From: Pseudomonadota bacterium
GTDB lineage: Bacteria > Pseudomonadota > Alphaproteobacteria > RF32 > CAG-239
Length of the DNA: 18,382 bases
Reading direction: 5' to 3'
Assembly (NCBI GenBank): GCA_918234285.1
Contig: CAKJXZ020000006.1
Coordinates: 1-18,382 of the forward strand
The position numbers and the translations under genes are program-made. The notes under the pieces were generated by a model. The model made no database searches, was not told the DNA's origin, and saw nothing but the letters and a program-made list of their open reading frames with translations. This document shows, piece after piece, positions 8,914 through 16,089 of this stretch. Numbering within the stretch: the first letter of the stretch is position 1; every line of letters starts with the position of its first letter.

Positions 8914-10363
8914 ATGGCATAGTTTACTGTTCCGGATTTCGGAGATATCAATGAATTCAAGGCATGGGTTGCTAAGTTGGACGAGCGAGCCATTCAGTCT
9001 TGGACGGCCGAAAACTGGGTGGAAATGTATCATAAAATCGAGGGATTTCGCGGCTATTTTGGCAACGGCAGCGAAATGGTCAAACATTGTCCGGAGGAGT
9101 TTATCAAGTTATACAGCAACTATCGTATGGAGCCGGAGCAGTTAAAATATATTACCCAGCTGGCTCATCAGGCCGGCGAACAGTTAGCACAAGAAGAACT
9201 TGATGCTTCCAAATTGGCAATCAGAACCAGAAAGTATTATCCCGTATCGGTTCCGGAATTTAACAGTACCGCAGATTTTAAGGCCTGGGTGGGCAGTTTG
9301 GACGAGCGCGCCATTCAACAATGGAATATGGACGATTGGATTGCCGTATATAAGCAAGTCGAGCCTATTCGTCGTCGGCCGGATATGGAGCAGATAAAAA
9401 AATCGACGATAAGATTTTGGCGCAGTTCAGAGAAGAATTGAAAGCCGCACAAGCATTGGACCCGGTTGACGCCGATATATATAGAGATGCTGTTTCGACT
9501 ATTAGTGTAAAGATGAGTTTGAAAAGTTGTATAAAAACAGCACCATCAATCCGCAAAAGATGTATTATATAAGACAATATATGCATCAGTTTGAAGATAT
9601 GGGTGACGGGCTGTTGCGAAGATATGAAACCGGCAGAACTTCATTTATAACGGAGATGACACAAAAAATCGATGATATTACAGCAACCGGTACAAAATAT
9701 GCTCCGGAGCATCGGGTACACTCAACGGTTTATGTCGGAGAAATGCGAGGCGGATGGCACGGTCGGGCTGCGGCATTAACAGATGGTCGTGCCGCATTGG
9801 AGATGAACAGTCGCTCGCTGGTTGATGGCGCCATCGGTACGGCGGCCAGTGTGGCCATAGATGCCGGACTTGCCGGTCGCGATATTTATAAAGAGGTTAA
9901 AAAAGCCGATGACGTTACCAAACAGCAAGTTAAAAAAGATAAGGAAAACGCCAAAAAATACGGCGAGAAAAAACAAAAACAGGTAGCCAGAGCCTCGGCA
10001 AAAGCCAAATCCAAAACGCCGCAAAAACAGGTAACCGCCGCCAAAATGAAAACCAATGCCGTCAACGCCAATAAATATCAAAAACAGATGGAAGACATTA
10101 TTAATAGGCTGAATAAGGCCAACGGCAAGGTCAAGACCATGGATGCGGCCAAAACCGCCGCCACACTGTATCAGAAATACGGCGATAATGCTTATGCGTT
10201 GTTGCAAGAGGCCGTACAAAGTCCGGGCTCGTATCAAAAGCTGGGTGACGGTAAGCTGAAAACTTCACGCGACGTGATTCAACACCTGTGTCAAATGCCG
10301 AATACCAAACAGAATCAGCAAGTTGTACAGAGTATCATTCAGAACCGTGCCAAAAGTAAGTAG
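8914..10363 (+). pseudogene. Array gene A: disrupted gene of about 483 aa with two N-terminal repeats, a Gly/Ala-rich segment and the shared C-terminal domain
   Basis: ATG 8914, in-frame TAG at 8920-8922, then continuous frame into ORF 8977-9441. The internal repeat continues in a different frame at 9506 (CKDEFEKLYKN... versus HCPEEFIKLYSN...). A third frame is open from 9354 across the gap. Length 1450 nt + 2 nt = 484 codons, consistent with two single-base losses. Confidence 0.75.
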
Positions 10364-12076
10364 TTAGCGCGAACGGCGGTTTCTGGTGGTAGCCATGGCA
10401 ACGACATTGCTCTTTTGCTGTTCGTCATCAATTTCGCAAAGTCTTTGAATAATCTGCCGCGAACTGGACAGCAATTTGCCGTTATTATCGCGCAAATCTA
10501 ATTTTTTAGCCATTGTGGTCGGCGCCATCATAACTTTTGCCAATACTTTGGAAGCATTTTCGCCATATTGTGCGCTCAGAGTTTCAATAGTTGCCTCAAC
10601 ATCGAGTTGGCGTGATTTGCCGTTAGCTTTGTTCAGGTTGTTCAGCATAGAGCGCATTCTGGCCTTGTCTTTATCCGACACGTTACCGCTGTTATCGGTT
10701 TGGCGCGGTTTATCCTTAGCCGGAACTGGCGCAGTTTGCTGCGGTGTTTTGGCTTTATTTTCCGACTGCGGCTGCGTCCGTGTTTGCGGATGTTCTTGCG
10801 CCACTCGAGAGTGCGGTTGTTCCGGCGCTGCACGGGATTGTGAGTGTTCACGTCCGGCTTCGGCTTCTCTCACTTTTTGCTCAATATATTGTCCGAGCTC
10901 GGAGTAGAAGCTTCCGGTATAGTGAATACCGTCGCCGCCCTTACTGCCGAATACTTTAGAGTTAGACTGGCTGCGAACATATGATTGGGTATCAACTACC
11001 TTAACGTCATCGGACAGGTATTGCTGCATATAGCGGTTAAAATCATCCACTCCTTTATTGACCTTGGCCGCATCCGAGCGATTGGTACTGACCGGGTTGA
11101 CCGTGGTAAAATAGACCTGTTTGCCTTGTTTTTTCATTTCTGCAGCGAATTCGTTCATCTGTGCGGCATATTCCTTGGCCATTTTTTCAATATTTTTATT
11201 GCTGTGAACCGCACCGTATACGTCATTAAAACCGAGATTTACCACTACACAATCGCAATCTTTGGCATCTTGTTTGATGTCGTTCAGGTGTTGTTTGAAC
11301 CAAGCAAAACCCTTGCCGCTTTGTGCAAACCAACGATCGCCGGACTTATCGGTTTTTCTTTTCAGCTTCATGTCGTTTTCTCCGGCCATGCCGACCGTGC
11401 GGCTGTCACCGACGTTGAGAATCTTGCCGGAACTTTCGCTTGCCCGAGATTGAGAATCTTGATTCTGGGATTTTGCACCGGCATTGGCCTTTCTGGCTTT
11501 ATCTTCTTCTTTTTTCGATTTTTTGGAAGCATTGGCCTTATCCGTTGCCATCACTTTTTTGGTGGTGTTGAATTCAAACTCGCCCGTTGCCATGCAAGCG
11601 GCATTGTCACGGGCGCGTCTGCCCACATCTCTGGCATATTTCGAGCGGAGTATTTCCTTGGCGGCGGTTGTATAATCCTCATTTTCCATTGCCGTCAGCA
11701 TTTTATTGAATTTCTTGGTTCTCGGAATACCCATATTATAGCACATATCAATCAAGACAAATTGCCGTTCGTCATCGAGCTTTTCAAGCAGCGGGCCTAA
11801 TCTCTTATCGGCCTTTACTCCCTCAATGACTTTATTTAAATCGTGCTGCAGTAACTTTTGCGCTTCGGCTTCGGTAATTCCGTTATCAAGACTGCTTTTA
11901 TTGAGAATTTTGCATACTTCTTTTTTGGCACGGGCGATTGCTGCCGGAGAACTACCGTAGCGCTCCAGATTATAGCCGTAACCGATGCTTAAATATCCGG
12001 CCGGGCAACGGCGTTGTGTGCTTAAAAAGCCCTCGCTGCGTTTAATGCGATTTAAATATTCCTGATTATCCAACAT
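10364..12076 (-). CDS. Array gene B: T4-type (GH24) lysozyme + SGNH/GDSL hydrolase + shared C-terminal domain, 570 aa
   Basis: E15-X8-C24-X5-S30-IGYG and LIDMCYNMG...FNKMLTAM...SKYARDVGRRA resemble T4 lysozyme; SGNH blocks GDS225, SGKG, GFN284D, D382GIH385; AAGGAG RBS; no signal peptide. Confidence 0.88.
   Translation of the reverse strand: MLDNQEYLNRIKRSEGFLSTQRRCPAGYLSIGYGYNLERYGSSPAAIARAKKEVCKILNKSSLDNGITEAEAQKLLQHDLNKVIEGVKADKRLGPLLEKLDDERQFVLIDMCYNMGIPRTKKFNKMLTAMENEDYTTAAKEILRSKYARDVGRRARDNAACMATGEFEFNTTKKVMATDKANASKKSKKEEDKARKANAGAKSQNQDSQSRASESSGKILNVGDSRTVGMAGENDMKLKRKTDKSGDRWFAQSGKGFAWFKQHLNDIKQDAKDCDCVVVNLGFNDVYGAVHSNKNIEKMAKEYAAQMNEFAAEMKKQGKQVYFTTVNPVSTNRSDAAKVNKGVDDFNRYMQQYLSDDVKVVDTQSYVRSQSNSKVFGSKGGDGIHYTGSFYSELGQYIEQKVREAEAGREHSQSRAAPEQPHSRVAQEHPQTRTQPQSENKAKTPQQTAPVPAKDKPRQTDNSGNVSDKDKARMRSMLNNLNKANGKSRQLDVEATIETLSAQYGENASKVLAKVMMAPTTMAKKLDLRDNNGKLLSSSRQIIQRLCEIDDEQQKSNVVAMATTRNRRSR
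10769..10849 (-). repeat. Three degenerate 27-nt (9-aa) tandem repeats in the gene B linker
   Basis: EHSQSRAAP / EQPHSRVAQ / EHPQTRTQP, each unit beginning GAA-CA. Confidence 0.55.
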
Positions 12077-12113
12077 CGGTTTTCTCCTTAATAAAAGTTA
12101 CCTTATATATATT

Positions 12114-12169
12114 ATATTACAATGATTTATAACAAAAAACAATTACGAATTTGTTAAATTTATGTTACA
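12114..12169 (-). promoter_or_regulatory. Conserved array promoter module upstream of gene B
   Basis: Minus strand: TG-TAACA-taaatt-TAACA-N9-TTGTTT-N17-TAATAT. Confidence 0.75.
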
Positions 12170-12170
12170 G

Positions 12171-12198
12171 AAATACCGCGGAAATTTCCGCGGTATTT
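12171..12198. terminator. Perfect 28-bp palindrome, probable terminator of gene C
   Basis: AAATACCGCGGAAA-TTTCCGCGGTATTT, 25 bp downstream of the gene C stop. Confidence 0.75.
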
Positions 12199-12223
12199 GA
12201 GATGTTGTATATTAACGTTCGGA

Positions 12224-13288
12224 CTAGTTCATACCTCCGCGACCGCGGCGACGTGCGGCCACCATAGCCAAGGCATTGTCGCGTTCCTGTTCGTTTTCCG
12301 GTTGGCTGAGTCTTTGAATAATTTGACGTGAACTGGCGAGTAATTTGCCGTCTTTGTCACGCAAATTCATCTTCTTAGCCACCGAAGTCGGAGACATCAT
12401 GGCTTTTGTTAAGATTTTGGATGCTTCACTGCCGTATTGTGCAGTCAAGTCATCAATTGTTTTATCTATGTCAATCTTCTTGTTTTTGCCGTTAGCCTTA
12501 TTCATATTGTTCAACATTGAGCGCATTCTGGCCACATCTTTATCGGTGGCATTTCCGGTTTTGGCCGGCGCGGTAGTTTGTTTTGGAGCCGGAGCGGCAG
12601 CACGCGGAGCGGCGGTCTGTTTTTGGACCTTGTCATCTTTGGCTTTGGTTTGTGCCACCTGGCGCGTTTCGGCTTCCTTTTTAGCTCCGTATTCTCTGGC
12701 TTTTTCGGTATCGTCTTTAACCTGCGCTTTGGTAACATCTTGCCCTTTGACTCTGGTCGGGCGCTTATATAAAGATTCATTGAATTTAGGATCATCATCC
12801 GACCATTCACCGGTACGCATTAATTCCGCATTCTTACGAGCTCTTTGTCCGGTCTGTTTGGCATACTTGGAATTCAGCATTTCTTTCGAGGCTGTTTCAT
12901 AATCACCTTCTCTTAAAGCACCAAGCATCTTTTTGAATTGTGCCAAATTATCGGCACCCATGGTGTAACACATATCCACCATAACATATTGGCTGGCCGG
13001 ATCGAGTTCTTTCCACCACGGAAACCGTTCATCCAATGCATCATAAGTGGTTTTTAAATCTGCGCGGCAGATTTTATCAGCGTCGGCGGTGGTCAATTTA
13101 TCGCCTTTATTAATGTCCTTTCCGGTCATTGATTTAACCCACTGCGGACCACGGCCGCTGGTATCTAAGTTATGTCCGTAGCCTACACAATAACCTCTAC
13201 CCGAAGGGTCACGCTTTTTGGTGGCGGTAAAACCCTCACCTTGGGCAACACGTCTTACCCATTCATCTTCCGTAGCCTTATCCACCAT
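12224..13288 (-). CDS. Array gene C: T4-type (GH24) lysozyme + shared C-terminal domain, 354 aa
   Basis: E18-X8-D27 then YCVGYGHNL; LDPASQYVMVDMCYTMG...FKKMLGAL...SKYAKQTGQRARKNAELMRTG resembles the T4 lysozyme C-lobe. Start set at ATG 13288 from AAGGAG at 13301-13296; no signal peptide. Confidence 0.9.
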   Translation of the reverse strand: MVDKATEDEWVRRVAQGEGFTATKKRDPSGRGYCVGYGHNLDTSGRGPQWVKSMTGKDINKGDKLTTADADKICRADLKTTYDALDERFPWWKELDPASQYVMVDMCYTMGADNLAQFKKMLGALREGDYETASKEMLNSKYAKQTGQRARKNAELMRTGEWSDDDPKFNESLYKRPTRVKGQDVTKAQVKDDTEKAREYGAKKEAETRQVAQTKAKDDKVQKQTAAPRAAAPAPKQTTAPAKTGNATDKDVARMRSMLNNMNKANGKNKKIDIDKTIDDLTAQYGSEASKILTKAMMSPTSVAKKMNLRDKDGKLLASSRQIIQRLSQPENEQERDNALAMVAARRRGRGGMN

Positions 13289-13324
13289 CGTTTTTCTCCT
13301 TAAAAACAATAATCCATTTTCTTA

Positions 13325-13380
13325 ATGGTACCATAATCCGCACGCAAAAACAATATCTAAATTGTTAAATTTGTGTTACA
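13325..13380 (-). promoter_or_regulatory. Conserved array promoter module upstream of gene C
   Basis: Minus strand: TG-TAACA-caaatt-TAACA-N9-TTGTTT-N17-TACCAT with an extended -10 TG. Confidence 0.78.
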
Positions 13381-13409
13381 AAAAAAGCCGCGGAATATTA
13401 CCACGGCTT
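13380..13409 (-). terminator. Intrinsic terminator of gene D
   Basis: Minus strand AAGCCGTGG-TAATATT-CCGCGGCTT followed by a T-tract, 24 bp after the gene D stop. Confidence 0.75.
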
Positions 13410-13433
13410 GAAGATATACGACTTTTGCGGTTA

Positions 13434-14957
13434 TTACATACCGCCGCGACTGCGCTTTTTGGACGAGGCAATAGCCAGAATTTGCTTATTTTGCTCCTCG
13501 TTGTCGATTATGCACAGCTGTTCCAGAACCCCACGCGAAGACCTGATTAATCTGCCGTTTTCATCGCGTAAATTCAAACGTTGCGAAAATTGCGACGGAG
13601 ACATCATTATCTTGGTTAAAACTTTAGAGGCATCAGTACCGTAGAGTTCGGTCAAGCGGTCGATGGTTGCTTCGATATCAACCGGATTTTTTCTGCTGAC
13701 TTTGTTCAAATTAGTCAGCATTGACTTCATTCTGGCCCTATCTCTGGCCGAAATTTCGTCATTGCGAACAACCTTTTTCCCGGTTGATACTGCTGTCTGT
13801 TGCTCGGCTTGAACGGCAGAAGATTCGCGCTGCTCGTTGGTAGCCGTCGTAACATGGAATATTGAAAGGCGTCTTTCCTGGCGAGAAGATTCTTCTCCGG
13901 CATTTTCGGCATCAGTTCGCATCACCGCCGGAGTTGCGCTCGGAACGTTGGCGTTTTTAATATAAGAATCGGCATAATTGTCAATCATTTTTCTCAATGA
14001 GGTACTTCCCGTACGCAGACCGAATAAGTGATTTTCCGCCTTTTGCAGATTGTCAATTTCCGTTGTCGCCTTGGCTCTTTGTTGTGCGACTTTGTTTTCA
14101 AGTTCGCTGATTTGCTGAGGTGTCAAATCTTTGGTGGCGGCAGACAATTCGTCGATTTCATGATTCAGTTGATCCCCCATCCATGTATACATGCGGCCGA
14201 CGGTAAAACGACCTTCCGTCTTGACTTTTTTATTTTTTACTGTTCTTGTAACCATCGGCGGATACTGAGTATTGGCATCGATAACTTGGAGTTTTGTTCG
14301 GTTATTGGCCTGGATTACGTAGTTTTTCAGTTTGCCGTTCTCATCATAGTTTACGGCCACGATTACTTCGGCATGTTTACCGGAGTTTGAGCTGTTGCTG
14401 TCGCGGGATATTTGGTCTCCCGGACCCACTTTTCCCTGTTCTATCAGATTCCATAAGGTTTTTTTGCCTTTTCCGGATATTTTGAGATCGTTAGGGAAAG
14501 GGGCCAAATTAGCGGCACTAAGGTTATCCGCATCGCATTTTACCAGACTTTCAACACCCATTCTTTCGCAAATGGCAGCTTCCACCGCACAAGCGGAGAC
14601 GGCGCAGCAATATGATCCACTGTAACGAGAAGCGTTGCCGACGATATCACCTTGGGCAATCTTTCGATAGGCAAGACTGTCGCTCACCATTCCCTTCTTT
14701 TTGTTGAAAATATCTCTGTTCATATTTCCGTTGCATCGCACGGCCGCATCAAAAGCGGTAGTTCCCTCAGAAAGGCAGATGCTTTCATATTGCTGTTGGC
14801 GTAATTGCCGATATTGTGACAATAAGGCATTACGATATTCTTCGGTGGAGGCGAAATCCTCACGTTTCAACGGAGGAAAATTCTCATCCAGTTCTTGTTT
14901 CCTTCTGGTAGCGACGTCATCGGTCAGATCTTTCGCGTCGTTTGCTTTATTTCCCAT
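13434..14957 (-). CDS. Array gene D: probable CHAP/NlpC-P60-like Cys-His hydrolase + shared C-terminal domain, 507 aa
   Basis: YC117C118AVSACAV helix, VGPGDQI, SGKH195AEVIVAV strand and YVIQ216ANN occur in the order typical of CHAP domains; GGAG RBS; no signal peptide. The gene itself is secure; the domain call is moderate. Confidence 0.7.
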   Translation of the reverse strand: MGNKANDAKDLTDDVATRRKQELDENFPPLKREDFASTEEYRNALLSQYRQLRQQQYESICLSEGTTAFDAAVRCNGNMNRDIFNKKKGMVSDSLAYRKIAQGDIVGNASRYSGSYCCAVSACAVEAAICERMGVESLVKCDADNLSAANLAPFPNDLKISGKGKKTLWNLIEQGKVGPGDQISRDSNSSNSGKHAEVIVAVNYDENGKLKNYVIQANNRTKLQVIDANTQYPPMVTRTVKNKKVKTEGRFTVGRMYTWMGDQLNHEIDELSAATKDLTPQQISELENKVAQQRAKATTEIDNLQKAENHLFGLRTGSTSLRKMIDNYADSYIKNANVPSATPAVMRTDAENAGEESSRQERRLSIFHVTTATNEQRESSAVQAEQQTAVSTGKKVVRNDEISARDRARMKSMLTNLNKVSRKNPVDIEATIDRLTELYGTDASKVLTKIMMSPSQFSQRLNLRDENGRLIRSSRGVLEQLCIIDNEEQNKQILAIASSKKRSRGGM

Positions 14958-15005
14958 GTTTTTTCTCCGTATTTTCAGCGATGTATTTTTTATATTCTAC
15001 ATTAC

Positions 15006-15059
15006 ATCCTAACACAAATTGCGCCCAAAAACAACATATAATGTGTTACATTTATGTTA
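15006..15059 (-). promoter_or_regulatory. Conserved array promoter module upstream of gene D
   Basis: Minus strand: TAACA-taaatg-TAACA-N9-TTGTTT-N17-TAGGAT with an extended -10 TG. Confidence 0.75.
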
Positions 15060-15105
15060 TATTTTGCACTGCTCTTATTTTTTTTGAAAAATGTTTAAAA
15101 AAGTG

Positions 15106-15133
15106 TTGACAGACATTATTTTTGTGATAACAT
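15106..15133 (+). promoter_or_regulatory. Putative sigma70 promoter of the str operon
   Basis: TTGACA (15106-15111)-N16-TAACAT with TG-n extension and an AT-rich upstream tract. Confidence 0.7.
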
Positions 15134-15140
15134 CGCGCAC

Positions 15141-15178
15141 ACTGATTGCTGAGCGTTTTTTAATGCTCGGCGGTTAGT
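15141..15178 (+). other. 17-bp stem-loop in the rpsL 5' leader
   Basis: ACTGATTGCTGAGCGTT-TTTT-AATGCTCGGCGGTTAGT pairs fully on the plus strand using five G-U pairs. Confidence 0.6.
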
Positions 15179-15214
15179 TTTGTGTAATTAATTTAATAAC
15201 TTAAGGAAAATGTG

Positions 15215-16068
<854 letters not shown>

Positions 16069-16089
16069 TTATAGCGAAGAGGAAAGAAA

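Noticed and set aside
8920-8922. Amber recoding (alternative genetic code or pyrrolysine) to explain the in-frame TAG
   Set aside because: TAG is the normal stop of uvrB, the alpha/beta hydrolase, the HAD gene, rpsL and fusA in this window, and gene A also has frameshifts.
10985-11800. 271-aa hydrophobic plus-strand ORF as a possible antisense immunity gene
   Set aside because: It lies wholly opposite gene B; its Phe/Leu/Ile richness is what the reverse complement of Lys/Asn/Glu codons gives, and it has no evident RBS.
10364-13288. Prophage lysis cassette suggested by two phage-type lysozymes
   Set aside because: No holin, spanin, structural or integrase genes; each lysozyme has its own promoter and a long non-phage C-terminal extension.
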